DNA of 64,000 bases. Source: Takakia lepidozioides. Taxonomy: Eukaryota; Plantae; Bryophyta. Below the pieces are notes generated by a model. That model worked only from the letters and a program-made list of their open reading frames with translations, was not told the DNA's origin and did no database searches. Position 1 is the stretch's first letter. Every line of letters starts with the position of its first letter. The stretch lies in NCBI GenBank assembly GCA_030704615.1, contig CM060734.1, positions 10,230,001-10,294,000 of the forward strand, read 5' to 3'. Both the position numbers and the translations under genes were made by a program. Shown piece by piece: positions 13,058-24,096 of this stretch.

Positions 13058-14127
13058 TTACCAATCCACTTATGATTGGGGTACATATTCACACCAATCT
13101 CATATAAAATCAGTCGTAATGGCATATCACTTGTTTTTTTGAATTTTATAGGTATTTCTCATGTTGTGGGTATCCTTGTCCAAAAAAATCAATAAAATAC
13201 ACCTAGTGTTTAAGGGTTAAGAGATTTTGGGCATGTAGTCACACTTTTCATATAAAAACAATACAAGCAACGATTTTATCAAAATGATGAGTGACAAGGT
13301 TTCTTGTCCAGTTGGAAAATTCATCCTCAAACATGCATGAAATCCATGGATATGAAGCCTTCGTTGGGGCTACCCCCCAACCTCTAATTTCAGAGCAGCC
13401 CTCTGTTTGTGGGCACGAAGGGCCACATACCTGCCCAGGCATGCTGCTTCATTGTGGGTGAGCGTAGGGGTTGGACCGCTTGCACCCCTCCTTTCCAAGT
13501 GGGAAGGCCGGCGGACAGATAATCTCTCTCTTCCGATGCCCTTTCATGAATTTCGGACTTCGAGCAGCCATAACTTTGATCAATGAAGCTTGGGCAAATG
13601 TCATTTGAAACTCAATGTTAATATAATTTTCTTGTTGGCCGCCCTTCAATGGTACCCAGAGTCAGGAAGTTATGGTTGTTCGAAAAAAGAGAGCGACTCA
13701 AAGCGGGTTGGGGGTAGTTGCAGCCTACGTTGGACCAAAATGAAACACACCATGGGTCCCTTAAGTACATAAGATATAAATATTAAAAAATAAAATAAAA
13801 ATAGGCCGTTGGATGTGCCCAGTTGAATTGCTCTAAACTGTCCATTATTGATAGAGTTGACAGTGTAGAATCATTATGAGCGGTGATTTGAATCGTCAAA
13901 CAGATGAATGTCTATCCTTTTCTTTGCAATCTTCAGTCCATAACCCAAAAAAAGCATCCAAAAGTCCATTGGACTTCGATTCTAAGGAAACGTAACATGT
14001 TTAGTGAATAAAGTTTACTTATTAAAAAGAATTTTAATATATTAAAAAGAATTTTAATAATGAGGGACTTTATGGAATCAGCTTATTTGGAGGTACCAAA
14101 AAGTACATAAACTTTTTTTTCTTTAAT

Positions 14128-15860
14128 ACTGAAGCTCAAATAAAAGCCTTACTTGCTAAGTGGATTCCTAGGGTGTTCTCCCATCTCAATAGCCCCTAGT
14201 GTAAGCTCGTCAAGCCCCACCTTATCCGCTCCTTCCCCAATAACTCCCTGCAGTGGGCTCCCTCTTTACGATGGATTGTGTAAGGTGACTCCAGACCCTC
14301 CATTCTTGGTTCTGAAGTGTGGAAGTCAATTTGGTTAGCTTGGACTCACTGTCGTTCTTTCTTGACTCAGAGATTGCCCTCCAGTTATGTTGAAGCTCTT
14401 CGTCAGCCGTTGTTTGGGAATTAGAACCTTGACTCGGAGCCTCTAGCCCTCCTCACCAAGAAGTGGGCTTTTTGGGAAGGGGCTGGTGTGTTGCATGTCA
14501 CCCATATTTGGGAAAATGGTTATTACTTTCGCTGGATCTGCTTAATAATCTTGTTGGTGCATGGAGGGTCTCGGACAGCTGGGGCCTCATCACTTTAGCA
14601 TTTTCAACCTCCTTGCTTTAGCTCCTCGGTGCTGGCCCTCTCTCATTGAAGGCAGGTTCACACGACAAAAATCCGTCCGTCCCATCCGGACGTGGCGGCT
14701 GCAGCGGGTGTGGCGGGCCGGGGTCCACCCTTGAGGAACGTGACGGCGAGGAAGGGACGGACGGCCTGGCCACTGTAGGTACTTCCCGCTGTCCGTCGCT
14801 GTCCATCCTTCCTTCTCCCTGGCTATCATGGCTAAAACATGTGTGTAGGGTTTAGCCGGAGGGCTCTTTATGAGAGCTTCTCTTGCTAAACTTATATGTT
14901 GCATCACGTGTGTACTATTGCATGTGAACATGTTGCACCGTCAGTCCCGTCCGTCCCCCTCCACACGTGCGGAGGGCCCACCACTATGGCTAGATGGGAC
15001 GGACGGATTTTTGCCGTGTGAACTTGCCTTCAGGACCCTTGCTAGGTTGGATCTTGCCTTTTGCATCACCCGTTCCCGGTTTTACTGGCCCAAGATTTTT
15101 AGGGTGATTTGGCTTGTGGTCTAGCCTTCAGGGTGGCCGCCGGGGGTGAGCTCACCTGCCTGGGGCCTACCAGCATTGAAAGACATGGTTTAGAGGACAT
15201 TCGGGTTATCGATTTTCTTTCTGGGATGGTTAACCCCTTCCCCCCTATTGGGGGAGAAGCCGCTTGGCTCCACAATGTTCGTCTGCGCTGGTTCCTTTGT
15301 TTTTCCATCTCAACCTTGCAGTTTGATCTTGGGGAATGGTCATGGATGGATAATAAGCGAACCTCTTTCCTTGGCTATACTACGAAAATTGACTACTCCC
15401 CTCTCAGGCCTGCCCATCAACGCACTATTGACTATAACAAAAAAATGCCCCCCTGGGCTCTCGGATGGTGTCTCGACACAGGTGTGGAAGGAAGTCTAGA
15501 GGAATGACCGATTTGCCAAGATTAGTGCGTTTTTGTGGAAAATAATGAACATGATCCTCCCTGTGGCTTGTGCAATTTCCTCCCTCGCCCCCACTTGTCT
15601 TATCTGCTCTCCCATCATTGATGAGACCATTGAGCATTGTCTTTTTTCTTGCCCTCGTGCATCTATCGTTTGGCAGTTCGATTTCTACTCCCCTTCGCAG
15701 CGTCCTCCGTTTGGAAATTATGCTCTCACTCTGCTCAATGTCCTCAATGGGGGCTTCGTGGATTTCTTGCCCGGTCTGGGCTTCTTTGCGGGCTCTCTCT
15801 TTATGGCAGATTTGGATATCTTGCTGTGCTTTTACTTTTGGAGGATCTAGCCGCAACATT
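14128..15860 (+). mobile_element. 5'-truncated L1-type LINE fragment (post-RT region and zf-RVT)
   Basis: TEAQIKALLAKWIPR at ~14128 and the zf-RVT motif CLICSPIIDETIEHCLFSCPRA in ORF 15533-15850. Interrupted by a MITE. Confidence 0.75.
14650..15029. mobile_element. Tourist/PIF-like MITE inserted in the LINE
   Basis: ~37-bp TIRs AGGCA(G/A)GTTCACACG(A/G)CAAAAATCCGTCCGTCCCATC, with TGA/TCA flanks. Confidence 0.8.
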
Positions 15861-16633
15861 AGACCTATTATGTTCAGATTTCATAAGGATATGAATACTG
15901 AGGGGAAGAAGACATGGGGGGTGCTTGTTGTAGATTTTGAAAATGTTCAAAGACAAGGAGACAAAAACTTCTCCAAGATTTTGATTTATCCTAGATTTGA
16001 GGGGCGTAATGTTTTTATTTTTGGCTCTATTTTGTTCTTTGAATTCAACCCTTGCACCACTACATCCATGCAAAAGATTGGACAAAAATAAAAAAATAAA
16101 AATAAAAATGTTTTCTTTGCTCACTATTTGCAGAACTCTCTATGAAGAGTGCATGCAGTAAGAGCAACATCCTCTACACCAAGTTGTCAGACTCGGGCAT
16201 TTTCTGGCACGACTCTCTCTCCACTGCATGGGAGCCCGCTGGGTGACATGGAAGATGGAGAAGTCAATTGGAGGCACCGCAAAGTGCGTCCTATCAGGAG
16301 CAAGGTCTAGTTAGATTTTGGGACTTAAGTGCTCTTTGGTTTTGTTTGATCCATGGTCATGATTTCCCCTACTCGGAATGGTCTTTTTTCCACTTTAATC
16401 TCTTTTGGTCACTTCCCGACTTTGGTCTTTCGGCTTTGGAGCTCTTGCTTCTACAAAGCTCCATGCTCTATCATGACGATTTAGTACTGTGGTTACGGGT
16501 GGTATCCTAGCTGTATTGCCTTCATGGCCCCCACAGGGTTATTTTTTCCCTGTTCCTCTTTAATTTGATTAACCGGGCCTTAGTCCCCTTTTCAAAGAAA
16601 TAAAAAAAATAAAAAATCATTGAATGTTCTTGC

Positions 16634-17137
16634 CAGTGTTGTTCTGGTATATAGGTGAAGGACTGGTATAAAGTATCAGTATATGCACTGGTATCAGATA
16701 CCAGACCAGTCTGGTATCATTTGGGAGAATACTTGCTCATATACCAGACCAGGTTGGTGTCAATTTTTTCATACCAGCCACAATACCAGTTTTCCCCGCC
16801 GTCTTCCTCATTTACTGTGGTATGTGTATTATACTAATTTATATGTGCATATGCCTACATACTTGTACTTATGTATATTTATTTCTTTATTTGTATTGTA
16901 TTTATTTTCACTTGATACTTGCTATTTGATAAACTTGTAAATCAAGATGACTTTGGAATGATACCAGAATTGATATCTCGTAACAGCTGGTGTTGTGGTC
17001 ATGACACTCATACTCATACCATTATCTAGAAAAAAAATACATCCACCATTATAGAGACCAAACTGGTATAAAAGTTTTGTGATATGTCTGGTACCAGGAC
17101 CAGTCTGGTATGTCCTGAACCTGATACCACAACTCTG
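16634..17137. mobile_element. hAT-type MITE
   Basis: TIR CAG(T/A)GTTGT. 8-bp TSD GTTCTTGC/GTTCTTAC. Many subterminal ATACCAG/CTGGTAT motifs. Confidence 0.8.
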
Positions 17138-17610
17138 GTTCTTACTTTACATTCTTCATCTTTCAATGCCCATTTGGTCAAAGTCCTTTTTCTGAATTCT
17201 GTTATGAACCGTGTTTAAAAAGTCCGATAATGGCTTTGTAAATGGACTAAAACAAATCCTTATGGTCCCTTTTTGCTATTAGCATTGCAATTTTGGAGTA
17301 TGACAATTTACAACTACTCAAGGTCCCAATAAAAGTGTTGTGACAGCATTTTTGGTCCACTGTAGGCTACAACTATAATTGTGCAGTACATTAGAGGTTA
17401 AACGAATTATGTCACAGCGCAAATTATGGCACTGCACAAAACTAATTTCTGCCAGAATCTTCTAATTTCCTATCTGAAATACAGCACATTGAAGGGCCTC
17501 ATAACGTAGCTCCAAGGATCCGCAAGAACAGTACCTTACAGGCTTTATCATTCACATGCGTCCAGTGGAAGATCAGGGGCAGAAAGACCATGAGAACATG
17601 AACTGAGACT

Positions 17611-20296
17611 TTAAGCATTAGTAGAGGCAAGCAAAGTAGCTAGACGCTCATACTTCTCAAGGCAATGTTCATCAGCATAATGCACAACAAAGTCTCCCTC
17701 CTCATATTTGTCGTACTCACGACTTGACGGACTATTCATATACCTGCAGATCATCCTTTCCAAACATCAGAATCTTTCATATTCTTCACTGAAACTTTTT
17801 CACCCTCAACCAACAAGTTGTATATTCTGACCCTCTGACCATACATAAGACTCTCCAAGTTGTTGCTTTCACTCCTATCTTTGCACCTAAGCTGTATCCC
17901 AATACCATTCCATATAATGAACATTCTTTTGGGTGCTCAGAAAGAGACCAACAATCTTGAATAGGCAAACAAAGTCAAAGTGAAAGGTACCGAAAAGGAA
18001 TGATGGCCACATGTTCAGTGAATTTGTCCAAGTACTTCATGCAATACAACCTCACTGCATGATGCTCCACATTTTTTTGAAAGAGGGCTGTCCTGTAAAA
18101 CTGGTACTGAATCTCCAGATAAGCCTGCTCTACAAACATACCCAAACACATGCAACTCAGAAGCACGCAACCTCATGAAAGTAAAAGGAATTGCAACATG
18201 TGCACTGTGTGCATCTCAGAAATGTGGTCTGCACTTCTACTGCTTACAAATGATCCAGTGTTGACATCTATGATATACTCACAGTAGCTTTAGGGGGATA
18301 AACTCTGCCTATCCCTTAGCACCAAGGAAGTGCAAATGAAATAACTAACCTTTGTCCAGGGAGTGCTCTGCATGATGTAGACACCTGTGTTAATGAAGGC
18401 CTTGGGATGGGGATCAGCATCGCGACTATACATAAAATGAGAGGTGTAAATAACATCTTTGCCAGACACATTATATTGATGCAAGCTCAGGATACTCTCC
18501 ACAGTTATGGATTTGTTTCTTATAATTGCATCAGCTTCCATTGCCACCACTATGTCCGCAAAGCTCAGCAACAGCTGCATGGCCTTGACTTTGGTCCAAG
18601 AGATGGGACGAGAAGAATCCAGACTTGTAGAAACTTCACAGTACCGATAGCCATGCAAGGCTGCATATGACAATCTGTTTGTGCGTAACTGCACTAAGTA
18701 GGCCTGTCATCAAAGCACCATCCCTGCTGCCAGATTCAGGTCACTTTCTCTGCCCCATTGCCTTAGTCTCATTCCTTAACCCTAATCTCCTCACTTGCAA
18801 AAACCTACACTACAAATGTCAATTAAGAGTGAGAGAGAATGCACACATTATATTGCAAGCAGGAGTTACACCCCACAAACATGAGTTTGCTGTTCCATCC
18901 CATGATGAATAACCAGTACGGGCCTACATCCTGTCTCAGTACGCCATCATTAACAGTAGTGACATTCAATCCAACCCATCTGAGGACATGCAATAGGGTA
19001 GACTTCATCAATAGTGTCCGACAGGCTTAAAGATGCTAAATGTAAATCTATGCAGGAGGTCAATCTTGTTCTTCCAAATTCTCGCAAAAACATGAAAAGA
19101 CCTATGTCTTGAGACTGAGTGCACCAGGCTCGGACAAATGTTGGCTTTTGAAAGTCTGTGCCTTGCAGTGTACCAAGACACAAGAAAGGTTTGTTTAGAG
19201 GTTCCCAACATTTCACTGAAATTCAGTTGTCTCCCAGAAAAGAGCCACATTGACATCAATAGATCTGTGTAATCTGCCATGGGTGATCAATGCAGATGGC
19301 ATAGGGAAACTGCAATCACAGCACCCTGTGATCTGTCAGTACTCCCTCTCCCTCTCTCTGCCTGTAGCCCCAGTGATGTGCCTAGCAGGGCAATCAGCTG
19401 TGCTAGACAAAGGACTACACTGGAACTTTCGGTCTGCTGAAATGCAACCAGAGCCTCATGTGTAACATCTTTGAGAAGGTAAAGGGATGTCAAAGCCAGC
19501 CCTAATTGGAACCGCCCCTACCAGGATTGCACTGCCTGTGTGTGAGCGCTAAGGAACTGCGAGTTTCAAAGCATGCATCCTGCTGGACTTAGGGTCAATG
19601 GTACCCAATGGAAGGTATGTCGTGCTGTCTCTACATACACTACAAACATAAACTGAACTAAGATAAAGTTGGAAATCGGTATACCTGTGGAAGGCCAACT
19701 GCCACAGAGAGAATGGTGACATTGCCAAGGCCAAAGCACAGGGAATTGGGTTTGTCCACCCACCGCAGCTGCTCCCGCTCTGTTCGAGAGAGCGGAACAA
19801 CAGTCACGGTCTCATTGTACAACTGCTGCAACAGGGATGTCTGGGTGTGGGTGAGGGGTTCCTGCTCTGCCACCTCTGCATACACACTCCTCTCCCAACT
19901 TTGAGAATGATATTCACACGCCGGAGAAGAGTGCGATTTGCAGACTCCTTCAAGGTTTGGAAGAACGGAGAGAATGTACATGCACAGAGCAATCTACTTG
20001 CACACTGAGCCGATAAGTTACACAGCTGCAAAGGGGCATTGTTGCATTCAGTTGAACGAGTGTCCTGGTCCGTATACTGCAATGGCAGCTCATTACAGAA
20101 AGCAGAGGAAGCATAGGAGGAGGGTAATGGATGTCCTACCCCTAGCAGAGAAAGAAGGTGAAGGCCGGAAGTAAGAAAGCACTGCATACACGGAAGCCAC
20201 GAGCATGAGCATGTATAGAAGGCGATAGCAGCAGCGGGCCCATCGCACCGCAGCGCGCCTAGTTCGCGAGTCTGGCCGGGCTTTGGGTGATCCCAT
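17611..20296 (-). CDS. Spliced type-II membrane glycosyltransferase, family GT34 (GMA12/MNN10-like)
   Basis: Predicted exons: ~20296-20140 (basic N-terminus plus TM helix LLYMLMLVASVYAVLSYF); ~20000-19685 (...VTILSVAVGLPQ); 18703-18350 (NRLSYAALHGY, ISWTKV, AMEADA, INTGVYI); 18124-17991; 17743-17611 (YMNS...GDFVVHYA). The last three introns have GT-AG ends in compatible phase; the first intron boundaries are approximate. Confidence 0.75.
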
Positions 20297-21149
20297 CCCC
20301 TTCCTCGCGGATCACCAGCAGTCAGATCTCCATCGCCATGACCAGCCTCACTCCACCTACACACTACGATGGCCCCCAAGGAGACGACAGCCAAGTGTCG
20401 AGGACATGTGACGAAAATGACAGTCAATGTTGTTTTTGGATCGTCTCGTAGCTTTTTCACAGTTGCACTTGAACCGTATGGTCTCTTGTCTTTCGTACTT
20501 CGATTCTACCAAGCAGGTTTGGATTGTGGGGCTGTGTGGAGAAGCAAATGTTCATAGGGGAAGCCGTATCGACAATAGGAGCGTGTATCCAGGAGGGTAG
20601 AGACGAAGGTGAGGTGGTTGAGGCTTGAAGAACAGTAGTGTCTCTGGAACATGATGCCAACAATTGCTTAGATAACGCTGGTGGATGGTGGCCGCTGCAG
20701 CTAGTAAGAAGGTATTTAGATGGGCTTCAGATGCATAAATGATGGGCCCTCACCGGAGAGGTATTGAAGACATTGTGGTCCGTAGCAATGCAAACAAACG
20801 AATCCCACTTCAGAATCTTAGATGGGATAAGCAATAAGAGGCAAGGTTTTCTTCCACCTGGGCACCCAGCCGAAAAGCCGTGGCTCAGGAACAGGAGCGA
20901 ATGCTGGTTCCACTGTGATGGGATTCATCAGGGCCTGCAAATTTCCACCACCTACTGGGTTCAGATGGATCCACACCTTGCCTCCTGCTCACAGACGTCG
21001 GTTCACCTTGTCAAGCCATCATTTGATGGATCTTCCATGGGCTTCACCATTCACCCCCCATGACTTGCTCGCTTACCTCCTGGAACATCCGAGGCATTGG
21101 GTCGGAGGCTTCCATGCCTAAGCGCCGCAGTCTTCAATAATATTAACAT

Positions 21150-21320
21150 TTAATATTTGACGCCTCCCCAAGGAAGCCTAAATTATGGTGTCACTTCATC
21201 CCGGAAGGATTACTGCCTTCCGCTAGGAAGGTGGACACCTTTGTGACACCAAGGGTGGATTGAACCCCCAACCACTTCCGAGGTGGTATGTGCCCATTAC
21301 CGCTACAACTTGGTTGTCAA
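21150..21320 (-). mobile_element. Second copy of the tRNA-derived SINE
   Basis: The reverse complement aligns with 12902-13050 (GGTAATGGGCACATACCAC...GGTTCAA...GACACCATAATTTA...GGGAGGCGTC). Possible TCTTCAA TSD. Confidence 0.7.
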
Positions 21321-22319
21321 CGCCATCTTCAACTTCAATTGTGGGCCTCCAGTTTGAGGCTCTCAAATGTAATTGTTTTTGCAAGAGCATAAGTTACATG
21401 CCAGTAAAATTTTGGCTTTGAGCTCTTCCTTCTCGCCTGCTAATGAAGCTCATTGATTTGAGGGGGGGGGACTGCTATCCTCATTTCCCCTCCTCTGTTG
21501 TCTGCTTTTTCTAAGGTAGAAACTTGGATGCGACCTTGCATCCATTTTGCTTTTCCGGTCCCAATATGTATGTGGCTTGATTTGATTGCAAGTGTGTGAG
21601 CTGACAGGTACGGCCCGCGAGGTATTGGCGGGAACGCCCCCTCCGGCAGGCTCGTCGGCGAGCTGGACGCCCCATGTCAAATCATCCCCCCCCCCTCCGA
21701 CCCCTCCGCCAGCCCCCGCCAGCCCGCTGCCCCCTCACCCGTCCCCACCCAGGACCCGTGAGCCCGCCCCCATCGATGGCCACATGGCGCCCCTTGCTCC
21801 GTCGGTCCCCCCACGCAATCTCCATCGCCGGCGCTCCCCCACCATCGATCCCCCAGCCGTGCGCCCCCCACCACCGCCCGATCTCCAGCCACGTGGCAGG
21901 CCCCCCCTTGATCCCCTCATCCCTAGGTTGATCCCCCGTCTAGTTCGGGAGTGATCCCCCACCCCCCCACCCCCCCTCTCCTGCCACGTGGTGCTCCCCC
22001 GAACCGTCGATCCCCTGCCCATCCATCCAACCTCAAGACGGCGATGTTAGCACTGGCGATAGTCAAGGAGGAGCCGATCCAACTCCCACCTAAGCAAGAG
22101 GACCAGGGAACGACACTCGAATTGTCTGTCTCAAGAAATCAGGGCGATCGTCTTGTGTTCTCGATAAAGAAGAAGGGGATATGGGGAATGAGGGAATCCC
22201 CCGTGAGAACGGAGCATCAGGCTAAGGCAAGGGCTAATCGATTGGCAGTGCGGATAGCACGACGTGCATTATTAGCCGCACAGCTAGCTGTTCAACGTGT
22301 AGAAAAACATATCACTACT

Positions 22320-23042
22320 TGTCGCGGCCCTTTGCCTTGAGGGCAGGGGGTCGGGACACATGAGGGGCTGCCCCTGTGGTGGGGGCAGCGGCAGCGATAG
22401 GTATGGGGGGCTGAAGCACCCTTGAGTGCCCAAGGCACTCAAGGAGGCGGAGGCGCTCACTAGGTGGAGCCCCGCACACCGGGTTGCGGTGGAGGTGGCT
22501 CCACAAGGGGTGGTGGTAGCTTAGTGGGACTTAGTGGGGGTGGCATAGGACTCACCATGGGGAGGAGACCTCGAGGTGGGAGTCGTGGGGAGTCTTGGGA
22601 CTCATCACGGTCCATTGGGGCCGCGGTGAGTGGGCCAAGACTCACCGCGACTCACCACCGGGAGTCGAGGGTTTTCGTGGTGGTTCGCCATAAAATGGCA
22701 TGGCTGGTTATGAAACCCCCGCGGACAGCTACAGAAGTATATATAGGGAGTAGTAACCCCGAGAACGGTGCAAGCCCGTTGGTGACCAAAAACTAGTGAG
22801 TAAGCGTGCGAGCCGGAAAGCGACCAAAGAGTGGGGAGCTGTTCCGGACTGCCATCTACCAAAGGGAATTCTCCTAGTCCCAAATAGGTGGAGGGTTTAG
22901 AGGGAAGCGGAAGGGGACCGTTATGTCCCGGTGAGCAGCCGAAACTCCAAGTTGGCCTGGAGGCCAGGTTGGGAGTCAGGCGCGCGCATCAAAGCGAGTA
23001 ACTATGACTTGAAGGGAGTTTACCGAACTGAGGTGTGCGACA
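22320..23042 (+). repeat. 5' LTR (723 bp)
   Basis: Direct repeat of 28565-29285. Only two 1-bp indels were noticed by eye. Confidence 0.95.
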
Positions 23043-23044
23043 CT

Positions 23045-23056
23045 TGGTATCAGAGC
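23045..23056 (+). promoter_or_regulatory. Primer binding site for initiator tRNA-Met
   Basis: TGGTATCAGAGC, 2 nt after the 5' LTR. Confidence 0.92.
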
Positions 23057-23097
23057 TTAGAGTTCAGTACGCGATCGTCCTTGGGATTGGCCTCATC

Positions 23098-24096
23098 ATG
23101 GGGTCGGGCAAGCCGAAGCGAAAGCGGAACGGCCCAAAAGATGATGATTCCGGTGAGCCCGATGGGGGCGACGTGTCACCGAGGCGGCCGTTTGAGGAAG
23201 CGATTAATGTTTCCGAAAACGAGGCCGCTCAGGAGCGGGAGGAATCCGAGGAGTCGGAGCCCGAGGAATCTTTGAGAGCTCCGACAAACCAAGAGATGCC
23301 TCCCATGCCGGCAGCCTTTTGGGAAGGGTTGTTGGCGCAGTTTGGCGGGACGTTGAAAGACGTGTTGAAGGCGGCTAATGCCACTTCCACCAAGGCAAAG
23401 TTTAAGGTGAAGCCTAAGGAACCCGGCACCTTCGAGGGCGTTCGAAACCGGAAGGCACTCAACACCTGGCTCCTGGAGCTAGAGCAGTACTTCCGGGCGG
23501 CCAAGTTGAGTGACGAGGATCGGGTGGAAGTGGCTCCCACCTATTTGAGGGGCTATGCTCAACAATGGTGGCAGAAACGCCTTCACGACCGAGGCCCAAG
23601 CCCGGAAACCTTGAACTGGAGTGAGTTCAAGGAATTGATGAAGAGACAGTTTGTGCCCCTCAACGCATCCTGGCTTGCCCGGGACAAGATGAGGAATTTG
23701 AAGCAAACTGATGACATTCGGGGGTATGTCCAGGCTTTCAATGTGCTGTTGCTCGAAGTCGCGGACATGGCAGAACCAGAAATGGTCTTCAACTTTGTGG
23801 CGGGACTGGCCCCATGGGCTAGGCGGAAGTTGGAGGAGAAGCCACCCAAGACTTTGAACGAGGCAATTGAGAGAGCTGAATGTTTCTCGGATGTCCCTAG
23901 GGGTGAGAGACAAGGCCGTACGGAGCTGAACCACAAGAAGACCCGGCGGGAAGGTGACTCCTCCCGACCGGAAAAGAAGTGGGATAGGCCACGCGGCGAA
24001 AATGGCACGTGGAAATCGAAGGGAGGTCCTTCACACGTCAAGGCGGCACCCGGTGCTTCGAAAGGAAAAGCGGGTGGAGCGACTTATGGCGGATAG
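23098..24096 (+). CDS. gag: Gag (retrotransposon gag domain), ended by an in-frame TAG just before the zinc knuckle
   Basis: PGTFEG...WLLELEQYF...YLRGYAQQWW...NLKQTDDIRGYV. The same frame continues after the TAG into [14 protein letters not shown]. Confidence 0.88.
   Translation: MGSGKPKRKRNGPKDDDSGEPDGGDVSPRRPFEEAINVSENEAAQEREESEESEPEESLRAPTNQEMPPMPAAFWEGLLAQFGGTLKDVLKAANATSTKAKFKVKPKEPGTFEGVRNRKALNTWLLELEQYFRAAKLSDEDRVEVAPTYLRGYAQQWWQKRLHDRGPSPETLNWSEFKELMKRQFVPLNASWLARDKMRNLKQTDDIRGYVQAFNVLLLEVADMAEPEMVFNFVAGLAPWARRKLEEKPPKTLNEAIERAECFSDVPRGERQGRTELNHKKTRREGDSSRPEKKWDRPRGENGTWKSKGGPSHVKAAPGASKGKAGGATYGG

Noticed and set aside
18823-19493. Additional coding exons or a second glycosyltransferase domain (ARIWKNKIDLL)
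   Set aside because: The frames are broken, the flanking exons join in phase without it, and the similarity is too weak to call by eye.
21586-22340. Proline-rich ORFs and a short basic ORF upstream of the chromovirus (similar case at 29822-30340)
   Set aside because: C/G-rich low-complexity sequence is open in several frames, with no recognisable domain apart from the chromodomain tail already annotated.
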